Assembly (NCBI GenBank): GCA_963975045.1
Contig: CAXBGJ010000001.1
Coordinates: 12,220 to 76,219, forward strand
Source: an uncultured Marinomonas sp.
GTDB taxonomy: Bacteria; Pseudomonadota; Gammaproteobacteria; Pseudomonadales; Marinomonadaceae
Direction: 5' to 3'
DNA: 64,000 nucleotides
Made by a program: the position numbers and the translations under genes
Shown: positions 1-10,033 of the stretch, piece after piece
How positions within the stretch are numbered: position 1 is the stretch's first letter
Layout: each line of letters starts with the position of its first letter
Notes under the pieces: model-generated
Databases searched by the model: none
What the model saw: the letters and a program-made list of their open reading frames with translations, nothing else
Told to the model about the DNA's origin: nothing

Positions 1-2
1 GT

Positions 3-335
3 GCGAAATTTTTCCCTACTGTACTAGGTATCGCACAAATATTAATTTGCATTGCCTTGCTGGTACAACGGAAAATGAAAAAATGTAAGACAACAACGTC
101 AGAAAAAATATTTTCAAAAATGTCACTGTTTGGCTTATTTTTCTTAGTCGCTTACGCCATATTAATCAGTCTTATTGGATACCTTATTGCCAGCCTAATA
201 ATGTTCACCTTCTATTTAGTTTATTTAAAAACCAAGAAGGCATCTTATTACTTTTTCGCCTATTTCTTTGTCGTCGTTATTTATTATCTATTCAGTGAGG
301 TCTTTTTAATTTCACTTCCTGAAGGTATCTATTAG
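3..335 (+). CDS. tctB: Tripartite tricarboxylate transporter small membrane subunit (TctB family), 5'-truncated by the window edge
   Basis: The frame of ORF 57..335 stays open back to base 3 (AKFFPTVLGIAQILICIALL...). The FP motif and hydrophobic helices fit TctB, and it lies 8 bp upstream of a clear tctA. Confidence 0.7.
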   Translation, partial: AKFFPTVLGIAQILICIALLVQRKMKKCKTTTSEKIFSKMSLFGLFFLVAYAILISLIGYLIASLIMFTFYLVYLKTKKASYYFFAYFFVVVIYYLFSEVFLISLPEGIY

Positions 336-343
336 AGGCTGCT

Positions 344-1816
344 ATGTTTGATTATTTATTAAGTGGCCTCGGCGCTGCATTTAGTTTAGCTATATTTCCT
401 GTCCTTATATTTGGTGTATTGGGAGGAATTATTCTTGGCGCACTACCAGGTTTAACAGCAACTATGGGGGTTGCCATACTGCTGCCCTTTACTTTTGGGA
501 TGGAAGCAACCGCCGCAATGGTTATGCTTATTGGGGTCTATATTGGTGGCATATATGGCGGGTCGATCTCTGCAATACTGTTAAAAACACCAGGAACACC
601 CGCATCCGCAGCCACCGTGCTAGATGGTTATTATCTAACTCAACAAGGTCAGGCGGCACGCGCCTTGAGTATCTCTGCTGTGGCCTCATTCATCGGTGGC
701 TTGGTTAGTACCATTATCTTAATAGCCATTGCTCCCATGTTAGCAAAATTCGCACTTAGGTTTAATGCACCAGAATATTTTGCCCTGGCACTATTTGGCT
801 TGACTATTATCGCCAGCATATCATCCAAAAACATTCTGAAAGGATTGCTAGCTGGGACAATTGGGTTACTGGTTTCAACAGTAGGTCTTGACCCGATAAG
901 CAGTGTTCCTAGATTCACATTTGGCGTCATGGAGCTTTATAGTGGCATCAATGTAATCCCTGTATTAATTGGCTTATTTGCTATTTCCGAGGCATTGAAT
1001 CAATTAGAAAAATTAAGCTCGAAATCACAAATTGCTGAGAAATTCAGTAATAAATTAATGAGCTTAAAAGATCTTAAAAAGATCCTTCCTACGTCTATAA
1101 AAAGTGCTTTACTTGGGACATCTATCGGTGCTGTACCCGGTGCAGGCGCTGATATATCAGCATTTGTTTGTTACAACGAAGCTAAGCGAGTCTCAAAAGA
1201 ACCTGAAGAATTTGGTAATGGATCAATTAAAGGCCTCGCGGCAGCCGAATCTGGTAATAACGGAGTGACAGGCGGATCATTAGTTCCTTTATTAACTCTC
1301 GGCGTTCCTGGAGATGCGGTTGCGGCAGTTTTATTAGGGGCATTAATTATTCAAGGATTAACACCAGGTCCACTTCTATTTAGCCAAAATCCAGAAATTG
1401 TCTATGGGATTTTTAGCTCCATGCTTGTCGCTAACATTGTCATGCTAGCCATTGGCTTATTGGGCATTCGATTTTTCTGTCAAATCTCTAAAGTACCAAA
1501 ATCATTGATGATCCCCATCATTATTTTCTTATCCATTGTCGGCGCTTATGCGATAAATAACGCAATGTTTGATGTGGGTATCGCCATTGTATTTGGTGTT
1601 CTAGGCTTTATATTGGGTAAACTAGAAGTCCCATCTTCACCAATATTACTTGCTATCATACTAGGCCCAATGGCTGAAACAAACTTAAGAAAGTCATTAC
1701 TCATGTTTGATGGTAGCTGGGCATTTTTATATGAAAGACCGATAGCATTGGCATTTATAACACTGGCTATATTTTCTCTATGGTCAACAATCAGAAGAAA
1801 TAGAAAGAAAACCTAA
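344..1816 (+). CDS. tctA: Tripartite tricarboxylate transporter large permease subunit (TctA family)
   Basis: 490 aa, hydrophobic, with TctA signature segments GALPGLTATMGVAILLP, YGGSISAILLKTPGTPASAAT and PLLTLGVPGDAVAAVLLGAL. Confidence 0.92.
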   Translation: MFDYLLSGLGAAFSLAIFPVLIFGVLGGIILGALPGLTATMGVAILLPFTFGMEATAAMVMLIGVYIGGIYGGSISAILLKTPGTPASAATVLDGYYLTQQGQAARALSISAVASFIGGLVSTIILIAIAPMLAKFALRFNAPEYFALALFGLTIIASISSKNILKGLLAGTIGLLVSTVGLDPISSVPRFTFGVMELYSGINVIPVLIGLFAISEALNQLEKLSSKSQIAEKFSNKLMSLKDLKKILPTSIKSALLGTSIGAVPGAGADISAFVCYNEAKRVSKEPEEFGNGSIKGLAAAESGNNGVTGGSLVPLLTLGVPGDAVAAVLLGALIIQGLTPGPLLFSQNPEIVYGIFSSMLVANIVMLAIGLLGIRFFCQISKVPKSLMIPIIIFLSIVGAYAINNAMFDVGIAIVFGVLGFILGKLEVPSSPILLAIILGPMAETNLRKSLLMFDGSWAFLYERPIALAFITLAIFSLWSTIRRNRKKT

Positions 1817-1836
1817 TAGCTTTTAATTATTTTCTT

Positions 1837-1860
1837 GGTATCTAGTATTCACTAGATACC
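1837..1860 (+). terminator. Hairpin downstream of tctA, possible intrinsic terminator
   Basis: Perfect 10-bp inverted repeat ggtatctagt-attc-actagatacc 20 bp after the tctA stop; the U-tract is weak. Confidence 0.4.
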
Positions 1861-2104
1861 GATTAAATATACTCTTTTACTTCCAAACTCTACCGCATTA
1901 AAAAATCAAAAATTAACATCACTAGGTGTTTACGTTATTTAAACCACTAATATAAATAGAAAATAGTACCGCTCTTAACATTTACAAATAAACCATAAAT
2001 AATTGGTTTATAAATTCATATGTAATAAGGAAATATGATTTATCATTAAAACATTAGGTGTTAGAAAAAGAGAGTAGTAAAAAGAAAAAATCTGGAGAAT
2101 TAAC

Positions 2105-2134
2105 TATAGAGCTCAAATATACTTGAGCCCTATA
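2105..2134 (-). terminator. Hairpin downstream of the dehydrogenase gene, possible terminator
   Basis: 12-bp stem with one mismatch (tatagagctcaa-atatac-ttgagccctata) about 25 bp past the stop at 2160; no immediate U-run. Confidence 0.35.
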
Positions 2135-2159
2135 TCATATATGAAATATTAGTATTTAA

Positions 2160-3038
2160 TTACATTTTTAATTTGAGGAAGTAGTCAAACATTTCAGGAA
2201 CATTACCGCTCCCCATATTTGCATCAACACCAGCTTGAAGATTGGCGGAAGTACCTTCAGCAACCAAAGAGCGAGTCCCTAAATCTTCAACCATCTTCAG
2301 GAAATACCCTAAGTCTTTGTTTGCATTTGCAATAGAGAAACCTAGATCACTGTTGTTATCAACGGCGTAATTTTTACAGAATTGCATAAAAGGAGAATTA
2401 GATGGACCTGCTGACATAATGTCAAACAACTGCTGGCGATCAACACCGGCACGATCGGCCACGGCAAACGCCTGAGACATAGCAGTAACCGTTGTCATCC
2501 CCATAAAATTGTTGATTAGTTTAGTCGTGTGACCGGCACCCAACGCCCCTAAATAAAATACATTTTCGCCTTGCTGATCAAGAATAGGTTTCACTTTTTC
2601 GAAGTTTTCTATATCACCTGCAGCCATGATATTCAATAAACCGTCTTTAGCATGGGCGGGGGTACGGCCAAGGGGAGCATCAACCATCCCAGCACCTTTT
2701 GCCGCCAAATCCGCACCAATCTTACGAGTTGAAGCAGGAATGGATGTGCCAAAATCAATCAATACTGCACCTTCTTTGATGCCAGACAATATTCCATTTT
2801 CACCATAAACCAATTTTTCAACCACGTTAGAAGTCGTTAAGCAGAGCATAATGATATCACTTGCTGCGGCTAGCTCTTTAGCTGTTGCTACTTCAGTTGC
2901 ACCGCGAGCAACACACGCTGCAACGGCTTCTTTATTTAGATCCATAACATTAAGTTCAAAACCTTTTTTCTGTAAGTTTTGAACCATGTTTCCGCCCATT
3001 AGGCCAAGCCCAATGAATCCAATAATAGGTTTAGTCAT
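2160..3038 (-). CDS. NAD(P)-dependent beta-hydroxyacid dehydrogenase (3-hydroxyisobutyrate / 2-hydroxy-3-oxopropionate reductase family)
   Basis: IGFIGLGLMG Rossmann motif, DAPLGRTP substrate motif and GAGHTTKLINN catalytic Lys motif. Confidence 0.85.
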   Translation of the reverse strand: MTKPIIGFIGLGLMGGNMVQNLQKKGFELNVMDLNKEAVAACVARGATEVATAKELAAASDIIMLCLTTSNVVEKLVYGENGILSGIKEGAVLIDFGTSIPASTRKIGADLAAKGAGMVDAPLGRTPAHAKDGLLNIMAAGDIENFEKVKPILDQQGENVFYLGALGAGHTTKLINNFMGMTTVTAMSQAFAVADRAGVDRQQLFDIMSAGPSNSPFMQFCKNYAVDNNSDLGFSIANANKDLGYFLKMVEDLGTRSLVAEGTSANLQAGVDANMGSGNVPEMFDYFLKLKM

Positions 3039-3347
3039 TTTTATTCTCCTGGGTATTAAATTACTAGTGAAAGTATAAGCATTCGTTAATTTGTATTATT
3101 ATAATACTATCATGTTTTTATGAGTTAAAAAATAAATACTGACATATGGCTTAGAACCTTCTAACCACATTGAGTTAAAACAACCGAATCTCGATTAAGA
3201 GCTATTGAAGGGGTTTACCAGACGTAAATAGGAAAAAAATATGGAGGAGGCAAGGTAAGAAAAGACCAAAATTAATATGAAAAATATATAGGGTGAATAC
3301 GATGCACGAAAGTAGAAGTTTCTGGGGCAACTGCATTCGTTCATCGT

Positions 3348-3379
3348 AAAAAGCTTTATTGTGGAAGCAAATAAGGCTT
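3348..3379 (-). terminator. Intrinsic terminator directly after the SDR gene
   Basis: Minus strand reads aagccttatt-tgcttccac-aataaagctt followed by a T-run, starting at the stop codon. Confidence 0.55.
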
Positions 3380-4161
3380 CATGGACATAACTGACCACCG
3401 TTCACATCTAGAATCTGCCCTGTTATATAACCACTGCAAAGGTGAGAAGCAAAAAAAGCAAATGCTGGCGCCACCTCTGTAGACTCTCCAAAACGACCAA
3501 AAGCAATGCTACCAGCAATTTTCTCTTTTAGTTCATCGCTTTTATCTGCATGAAACACCGTATCAACAGTACCTGGAGACACAATATTGAAACGTATTTG
3601 ATCTTTAGTATATTCTTTGACCCAGTTACGATGAACGTTATGTAACCATGCCTTAGACGCAGCATAGATACCGGCACCTAAACCACCACCCTCACGAGCA
3701 GCTATAGATCCGGTGCTAATAACAGACGCTGTTTTACCAGATTCTGCAGCAGATCGACGTAAAAATGGAATGGAAAACTTTGTTACCATAAGAGCTGAAC
3801 GAGCATTCAAATTCATCACATGATCGTAAAATTCATCATCAATCAACTCGAGCCCTGAACGACCACCTAGACCCCCAGCATTATTTATCAATACATCCAT
3901 ACCGCCAAATTCTGCTATAAATGCATTGACTAGTTTCTCGCATTCGCTTGTTTTCGTTAGGTCTGCAGGAATAAATATAACGCTACCTTCCCCTCCCAGC
4001 GTACTGAGTTCTTTCAACACTGATTGTGCCGCTTCATTAGAGGAACGACCATTAATTGCTACCTTTGCACCCTGCTGAACAAATAACTTAGCAACAGCCA
4101 ACCCGATACCTGCAGTTGAACCCGTTATTAGTACTTTTTTACCTTTTAGATCATTAAACAT
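3379..4161 (-). CDS. SDR reductase closely resembling the alginate DEH (4-deoxy-L-erythro-5-hexoseulose uronate) reductase A1-R' type
   Basis: Start taken at MFNDLKGKKVLITGSTAGIG (ATG at 4161). It carries NNAGG, YAASK, ISTGSIAAREGGGLGAGIY, HRNWVKEYTKDQIRFNIVSPGTVDT and C-terminal GQILDVNGGQLCP, which match from memory the Sphingomonas A1-R/A1-R' DEH reductases. Confidence 0.8.
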   Translation of the reverse strand: MFNDLKGKKVLITGSTAGIGLAVAKLFVQQGAKVAINGRSSNEAAQSVLKELSTLGGEGSVIFIPADLTKTSECEKLVNAFIAEFGGMDVLINNAGGLGGRSGLELIDDEFYDHVMNLNARSALMVTKFSIPFLRRSAAESGKTASVISTGSIAAREGGGLGAGIYAASKAWLHNVHRNWVKEYTKDQIRFNIVSPGTVDTVFHADKSDELKEKIAGSIAFGRFGESTEVAPAFAFFASHLCSGYITGQILDVNGGQLCP

Positions 4162-4180
4162 TGTATTTTGCCTTTTTATT

Positions 4181-4287
4181 AGTATTACAATAACACTAAT
4201 ATAGATTCGAAGTTGATTCACTTCAAGTAATACAATGAAATATGCTCAAAGAAGATCTCCTTAAGTATTACAATTCCATACTTAAGG
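4181..4287. promoter_or_regulatory. Three AGTA(T/A)TACAA boxes plus a 10-bp inverted repeat in the divergent SDR/gntR promoter; candidate GntR operators
   Basis: agtattacaa at 4181-4190 and 4264-4273, agtaatacaa at 4226-4235. Perfect IR ccttaagtat(9)atacttaagg at 4259-4287. The reverse complement TTGTAATACT resembles the DgoR-type operator TTGTA(G/C)TACA(A/T). Confidence 0.55.
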
Positions 4288-4393
4288 ATGAAAATTAGCA
4301 TGGGAATGTGATAAAATTCGCCATCGATCAGCGTATATTGAGCTAAAGATCGTCATAACAATCGATATTAAAACTACAAAAATTAAGGGCACC

Positions 4394-5113
4394 ATGACGA
4401 ATAACTTTGCTTTAATATCTACATCCAATCGAAGTTTACATGTACAAGTTGCCCGCAGCATTGCACGCAGTATTTTATCTGGTGAGTTAGCTCAAGGTTC
4501 CATCGTCCCCAATGAAATGGCGCTCTGTGATCAATTTGGTGTAAGTCGAACGGCACTTCGTGAAGCAATGAAACTGCTGACATCAAAAGGCTTATTAGAA
4601 TCTCGGCCTAAGATCGGAACTCGGGTCGTCAATAAAGCTTATTGGAACTTTCTTGATCCTCAGCTTATCGAGTGGATGGATGGATTGAGTGATCCTGAGG
4701 ATTTTTGCCTGAAATTTTTAGGTTTAAGAAGAGCGGTTGAGCCCGAAGCATGTGCTTTAGCGGCAATTAACGCAACAGCAAGCCAAAGAATAGAATTGTC
4801 AGAAATTTTTCAGGAAATGGTAAGAGTTTCTAAAAACTTCAACCAAGAAGAATGGACAGAAGTGGATTTAAGCTTTCACCGCCTTATTTTCAACTCAACA
4901 AACAACGATTTCTATCTTCCATTTGGCAATATTTTAACCACCATGTTTAAAACCTTCATCATACACTCCTCTCGAGAAGGTGATGTCTGTTTGAATGAGC
5001 ATCGTATGATTTATGAAGCTATCATGGCTGGTAATAGTGAATTAGCAAGAGCCGTCTCTTTAGATCACCTGCAAAAAGGCAAACACAGACTCCCAGAAAC
5101 TCAACCCGCGTAA
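4394..5113 (+). CDS. GntR/FadR-family transcriptional regulator (DgoR-like)
   Basis: N-terminal wHTH (LCDQFGVSRTALREAMKLL...RPKIGTRV), WNFLDPQLIEW linker as in DgoR-like proteins, and an FCD domain (DLSFHRLI...HRMIYEAI). Confidence 0.9.
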   Translation: MTNNFALISTSNRSLHVQVARSIARSILSGELAQGSIVPNEMALCDQFGVSRTALREAMKLLTSKGLLESRPKIGTRVVNKAYWNFLDPQLIEWMDGLSDPEDFCLKFLGLRRAVEPEACALAAINATASQRIELSEIFQEMVRVSKNFNQEEWTEVDLSFHRLIFNSTNNDFYLPFGNILTTMFKTFIIHSSREGDVCLNEHRMIYEAIMAGNSELARAVSLDHLQKGKHRLPETQPA

Positions 5114-5298
5114 CATTGTTCTGGTTCGAAGAAAAACTGACCTTTACCAGTTACCAATCCTCCTTAAAAGTCATTTTTCACCAATAAAGTAAGGTCTGGG
5201 TAGACTTCCCAGATCTAAACTGTCAGATGCTGGTTTAAAATGGGATAGCCAGCAGATCAGCTCAGAGGTGTCTAGAAAAGTGGAGGCCATACCACTAA

Positions 5299-6063
5299 TT
5301 AGTGGCTGAATGTCAGTAATTCTAGGTTTCGTTGCAAGATTGTATGAACTACGCATGATGGCTTGTGTGATGGATTAGCAAGTTTCGTCGCAACGGCTAG
5401 ACAATAGTTATCCTCAAGCTGGTACTGATGGAATACCCATAAGTGTGGCATGTCTATGAGGTTTTCTGAGAATGCTATTGTGATCTTTCCAAAGGCTGAA
5501 AATGAAAAATGAAAATCCTGCAATGGGATGTTTAATCCTTTCCCCACCGCCTTAATGTAAGACTCTTTAAGAGTCCAAATTTCAAAAAATTTCAACTCCC
5601 GCTCACTTCTATTTAACATCTGTAAATAATCAATTTCGTTAGGTGCAAAAAAAGACTTAGAAATTTCATCCGCGTCGATACCTCGCTTAACATACTCTAT
5701 ATCAACACCTACTGAATGTTCACGACTGATCGCAAGTACAACTCTTCCCTCCGTATGTGACAAATTAAAATGAAGAGGCATTTCAAAAGCATGACTGGTG
5801 ATAAAAGGTTTTCCGTACTCCCCTTTTCCAAAACACCATTCACTTGGATGTACAGAAGGCTCGTAAAATGAAAGTGTTTGTCTGAGTAACGCTCGAGTGA
5901 TGAGATATTGCTTTCTTAGGTGCTCAAATGCAAAGACATTCATGGCAACTATTTCTTCTTCGTTTAATAAGTTTCTATAGTCAGCTAACACAACCAAATT
6001 ATTAATGTCAGCATCTGCTGTAACCCATACATCAACAGTATGGCAATCAGTAAACAAAGACAT
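5299..6063 (-). CDS. Sfp-type 4'-phosphopantetheinyl transferase
   Basis: GKP, FNLSHT, VGVDIE and WTLKESYIKAVGKGL motifs. Confidence 0.93.
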   Translation of the reverse strand: MSLFTDCHTVDVWVTADADINNLVVLADYRNLLNEEEIVAMNVFAFEHLRKQYLITRALLRQTLSFYEPSVHPSEWCFGKGEYGKPFITSHAFEMPLHFNLSHTEGRVVLAISREHSVGVDIEYVKRGIDADEISKSFFAPNEIDYLQMLNRSERELKFFEIWTLKESYIKAVGKGLNIPLQDFHFSFSAFGKITIAFSENLIDMPHLWVFHQYQLEDNYCLAVATKLANPSHKPSCVVHTILQRNLELLTFSH

Positions 6064-6071
6064 AAAAAACC

Positions 6072-6863
6072 TTAACTATCTGCAACGATGAGCATCTCTA
6101 GCATAGAATTTATATTATCTTTAAATATGTGAGGGCTTTCTTCATGGAAGTAAAAATGTCCACCATTTACCACTTTAAGAAAAAAGTGCTTATTCGTCCA
6201 GCTGCTCCAAGAACGTACAAGATCACTTGATACCGCCATATCTTTATTAGCAGATAAACCGATAATGGGAGAGTTTAGTGGAATTTTAACAACGGAAGAT
6301 AGATAAGACTCTAAGCACTGAAAATCTGATTGTATAACAGGAAGAATGATTTCCATCAATTCATCATTATCAAGAACATCAGAGACTGTGCCACCAAGCT
6401 TCTTCAAATAAGCAATCAGGTCTTTAGAAGGGCAGCCGCTCGCTAAGGAATGACTAGGTGCTACATCAGGCGCAGGACTACAAGAAGCGATCAACAATTT
6501 AGGGGTTTCTGTTAGGCGACAAGCAACTTCATAAGCAATTTTTGCCCCCATACTATGCCCAAAAAATATCATCCTCCCTATTTCAACATCTAATGCATTG
6601 AGTGAAATTACAATTTCGTCGGCGTAATCATATAGACTGGTTTTAAGAGGTGAACGATAACGCCATTCCCTACCAGGATATTGAATAACAATAACTTCCC
6701 ACTCCGTAGTCAACTCTTCTATATAAGAGTGAAATACCGAGGCCGAGCCACCCGCATGAGGGAATAAAACCAAGATGTCTGCATCGTTAACACTAGATTT
6801 ATGGCGTCTAAAATTCAGCTCTTGTTCTAAACAATTACTTGAAGGTCTACTATTTCCATTCAC
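6072..6863 (-). CDS. Type II (editing) thioesterase
   Basis: FPHAGGSAS, IQYPGRE, GHSMG nucleophile elbow and GGHFYF; GTG start. Confidence 0.92.
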   Translation of the reverse strand: MNGNSRPSSNCLEQELNFRRHKSSVNDADILVLFPHAGGSASVFHSYIEELTTEWEVIVIQYPGREWRYRSPLKTSLYDYADEIVISLNALDVEIGRMIFFGHSMGAKIAYEVACRLTETPKLLIASCSPAPDVAPSHSLASGCPSKDLIAYLKKLGGTVSDVLDNDELMEIILPVIQSDFQCLESYLSSVVKIPLNSPIIGLSANKDMAVSSDLVRSWSSWTNKHFFLKVVNGGHFYFHEESPHIFKDNINSMLEMLIVADS

Positions 6864-6887
6864 GATATTAACTTCAGAGGGTTCAAA

Positions 6888-8012
6888 TTATTTACCCTCA
6901 CTCTTAACATCAGGCCGGTTCGAACGATCACTCGTAGTCGGTTTTACAATATCTTCAGAGACATTAGGAACGTTGCTTTGCAGAATGACATCATCAACAC
7001 GATTTTTCCTGAACAAATCTGCATTATTCGTATTATCGTCGGTGACTCTATTTAGTATCTTCTGGAAGTTTTGACTATCAAGTGACGTTGGTCTTTCCGT
7101 CGTAATACTGGATTGATTGTTAGCTGGTTCAGAACCTCCCATATTACCTAATATTAATGGTAAACCTTCGTCGCCAGCACCAATAACAACCACCTTAGCA
7201 TTGTTTGATCCAGCCAGTGCCAGTGTTGCATCTATGCCTTTCCAGCGTAAATAACGATCTGTGATCCCATCACCAACAATATTTTGAAACTTACGAATAC
7301 CTAGTGCTTCTATCTCTTTACGTTGACTTTCTAATTTTTCACGTTGCAAACGATATTCGTAACTTAGCATTAAATGCTTTTGAGCAAGTTTTTTCTCGAT
7401 TTCATCTCGCAAATTTTTCGGTAATACGATGCTTTCTATGAGCACATCTTGTACATAGATAAAGGGCTCAGATCCTACTTCTTCATTGTATTTAACCTCG
7501 ACCTCCTCAATGACTTCTGCTTTCAGTGTGGCTTGTATTTCTTCACGCTTGTATGAGTAAATGTCTTCTGAGTTAAACTGAGCAAAGAGTAATCTTGTAT
7601 GTGCTTCAATTTCAGGAGTGAGCAATATTTTAACATATTTACTGCCAACATTTTTATACAACAAACCCACCTTGTCTGAATTTAAACGGTATCGGACAGC
7701 AATATTGACATCGATATGCAAACCATCATTGGTAAGCACATTAACAGAATCTACATCCGTTAATAATCGAACATCAAACATCTCTAGATGGTCCCATGGC
7801 CAAATAACATGTAACCCTTCACCATAAGTATTAACAACATCGGTACCGCCATTAAAGCGTTTCCATTTAACACCTGCATGACCCGCTCCTACTGTAATAA
7901 ACATGCTGTTATAAAAAAACACAGCTAAAAACAACAAAAGTAAAGCAATGAGCGACACAGGTAAAATCAGTTTATTCGCAATTTTCTTAAATTTAGATAT
8001 TGATTTAGGCAT
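6888..8012 (-). CDS. SPFH / band 7 / prohibitin-family membrane protein
   Basis: One N-terminal TM helix, then ITVGAGHAGVKW...YGEGLHVIWPW, VLTNDGLHIDVNIAVRYR, and a coiled-coil LPKNLRDEIEKKLAQ...EAEG-like segment; low-complexity C-tail. Overlaps the ABC gene by 8 bp. Confidence 0.85.
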   Translation of the reverse strand: MPKSISKFKKIANKLILPVSLIALLLLFLAVFFYNSMFITVGAGHAGVKWKRFNGGTDVVNTYGEGLHVIWPWDHLEMFDVRLLTDVDSVNVLTNDGLHIDVNIAVRYRLNSDKVGLLYKNVGSKYVKILLTPEIEAHTRLLFAQFNSEDIYSYKREEIQATLKAEVIEEVEVKYNEEVGSEPFIYVQDVLIESIVLPKNLRDEIEKKLAQKHLMLSYEYRLQREKLESQRKEIEALGIRKFQNIVGDGITDRYLRWKGIDATLALAGSNNAKVVVIGAGDEGLPLILGNMGGSEPANNQSSITTERPTSLDSQNFQKILNRVTDDNTNNADLFRKNRVDDVILQSNVPNVSEDIVKPTTSDRSNRPDVKSEGK

Positions 8013-9654
8013 CGGCGTTCTCTTTCATATAGGACACAACTTTACCTTCATCAATTCGTATTAAATAATCAGCACAATCAAAATAACGATCGTCATGTGT
8101 GATTGCGATAACAGTTTTATTCTGTTTCTTAAGGTTAGGCAATATTTCTTTGTAAAATTTACGGCGAAACTCAGGATCTTGATCCGCAGCCCATTCATCA
8201 AATATATATATTGGTCGATCCTCCATCAGACTAACCAATAGTGCAATACGCTTTTTTTGGCCGGCAGAAAGTTCAATTGTAGAAAACTCATCTGCATTTA
8301 AACTGACTTTATCATCTAGCTCCAAATATTGAATCAAACTATTCACCGTTTCCGCAGGGACATGGCGTAAACCATAAGCAATTTTAAATAAATGATATTC
8401 AGTGAAAACACAAGCCATCAAGTTTCGGTACTGTTGACTATTTTGATGCCCGATAACAGTATCATCAATTTTTATACTTCCAGAGCTTGGAAAGTAAAGT
8501 CCGGTTAATAGCTTAATAAACGTAGATTTACCAGAACCATTCCCTCCAGCAATAAAAATAATATCGCCACGACTCACTTTTAAATCAATTGGACCAATAG
8601 AAAACTGTTGATCGTCGCCCTGCTGTGGGTAAGAAAATGATACGTTGTTAAAACTAATCTGAGAAAAATTATCCAACAACTCTTGAGCAATGTGATCACG
8701 AGGATCAGCACTTTCTTTGACGACATGTTTTTCTAACTCAGCCTCCAACATATTTACATTATTAATCGCGATGTTAGCGGCATTAAACAAAGGTACTGCA
8801 CCCACTAAGCTGGAAATAGGACCGATTAAAAACAAAACTGTCGTTGTGGTTTTTATGACGACTTCACTGTAGGTATCACTGAAGTTAGGTAACAAAAACA
8901 CCATAGTTGCCAACAATAAATAAAACGTCGACTGAGAAATAATGAAATGATATGAAATATTTGTTTGTGCAATGGTTTTATTTTCTGAGGCTTGCTTTGA
9001 TATTTTATTGGCGTCGTCGTAAAGATCATCATTACGAGCTTGATTCATACGACTTTCTTTAAAACCACTTAACGCATCAGTTACACGATCAAAGAGTTTC
9101 ATCTCATCTTGTGTTGCCAAATGAATAGCTGTACTGACTTTTTTCAAAAATTTAAAATGAAAAACCAGCGCGATTGAAATAAACCCAATGGTCAAACCAA
9201 ACGCAGCAAGCGACAGCCAAGCAATATACAAAAGAGTAAAAAATATCAATACACCGGATTGAACCGCGATCACAAGCATCGGGGCCGCTTGAGAAATTGT
9301 CGTGGTTTCTTTGGTTATATTAGAAAAAATTCGAGCATCTCCAACACTCTCAATTGTCGTTAGATCACAAGCTTGAATTTTATTTACAATACTTGTTCTT
9401 ATGCGGTGAATCATACGCTCAACCTGTTGTGTTGAGGTCACCATAATATGTCGTTGCGTTAACACATAAATTGACATAGTAATAAAGAACAATAATAAGT
9501 ATTTCAAACTGGCGCTTGTTTCAGACGCGTGGTCAGCCGCAATGTTTATAATGGCAAGAATAACCGCATTACTTAAGCCAGCTAACGCAGAAATAAGTAA
9601 AAACCCCCATAAATTCCCAGAGAACTCTTTAGCAAATAGCTTTAATAGATTCAT
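8005..9654 (-). CDS. Cyclic-peptide export ABC transporter, fused permease/ATPase (PvdE/SyrD/YojI family)
   Basis: N-terminal TM domain, Walker A GGNGSGKST, signature LSAGQKKR and the family-typical FDEWAADQDPEFRRKFY. Confidence 0.93.
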   Translation of the reverse strand: MNLLKLFAKEFSGNLWGFLLISALAGLSNAVILAIINIAADHASETSASLKYLLLFFITMSIYVLTQRHIMVTSTQQVERMIHRIRTSIVNKIQACDLTTIESVGDARIFSNITKETTTISQAAPMLVIAVQSGVLIFFTLLYIAWLSLAAFGLTIGFISIALVFHFKFLKKVSTAIHLATQDEMKLFDRVTDALSGFKESRMNQARNDDLYDDANKISKQASENKTIAQTNISYHFIISQSTFYLLLATMVFLLPNFSDTYSEVVIKTTTTVLFLIGPISSLVGAVPLFNAANIAINNVNMLEAELEKHVVKESADPRDHIAQELLDNFSQISFNNVSFSYPQQGDDQQFSIGPIDLKVSRGDIIFIAGGNGSGKSTFIKLLTGLYFPSSGSIKIDDTVIGHQNSQQYRNLMACVFTEYHLFKIAYGLRHVPAETVNSLIQYLELDDKVSLNADEFSTIELSAGQKKRIALLVSLMEDRPIYIFDEWAADQDPEFRRKFYKEILPNLKKQNKTVIAITHDDRYFDCADYLIRIDEGKVVSYMKENADA

Positions 9655-9715
9655 ACAACAGATTTATACAGGTTAATTAATAGAAATTCAGCACAACCAA
9701 AAATGACTGGTTATG

Positions 9716-9883
9716 CTATACGTCACTGACTTTAGGTTTTGTGACTAGAAGTATGATCCAAGCAACTAAGGGGCTCAAAATAAGACTAACAAGAGTAAAT
9801 CCAACAAAGCCGATTACTCGATCACGTCCTATATAGCCCGCAACTAAAGACAAACTTATATACAAAATTGCTAAGAAAGACAT
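9716..9883 (-). CDS. Small hypothetical membrane protein (about 55 aa, two predicted TM helices)
   Basis: Probable start MSFLAILYISL at 9883 with a GAG upstream (the ORF track starts at 9931). Two hydrophobic stretches flank GRDRVIGF. It is co-oriented inside the cluster. Confidence 0.65.
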   Translation of the reverse strand: MSFLAILYISLSLVAGYIGRDRVIGFVGFTLVSLILSPLVAWIILLVTKPKVSDV

Positions 9884-10033
9884 AAAAATCTCATTGCTAG
9901 AGTGTCGAAAAGGCATATCAAACAATATCAATTTCTTTAAAATATAGCATGTAACTGCACAATGAAAAATACAAATACATAACCGACTAGGTTGTTATCA
10001 TAACGAACCCACACTACCGGTTTTCATTGAGAT

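Noticed and set aside
3195-3398. 67-aa ORF between the SDR and dehydrogenase genes
   Set aside because: It runs through the SDR stop and its terminator hairpin, and has low-complexity AT-rich composition.
4162-4221. Longer N-terminus given by the ORF track for the SDR (likewise 27281-27313 and 9884-9931)
   Set aside because: Family alignment or SD position favours the downstream ATGs, and the SDR extension runs over an operator-like box.
5171-5356. 61-aa minus-strand ORF after the PPTase gene
   Set aside because: It overlaps the PPTase 3' end by 58 bp and has no motif or clear SD.
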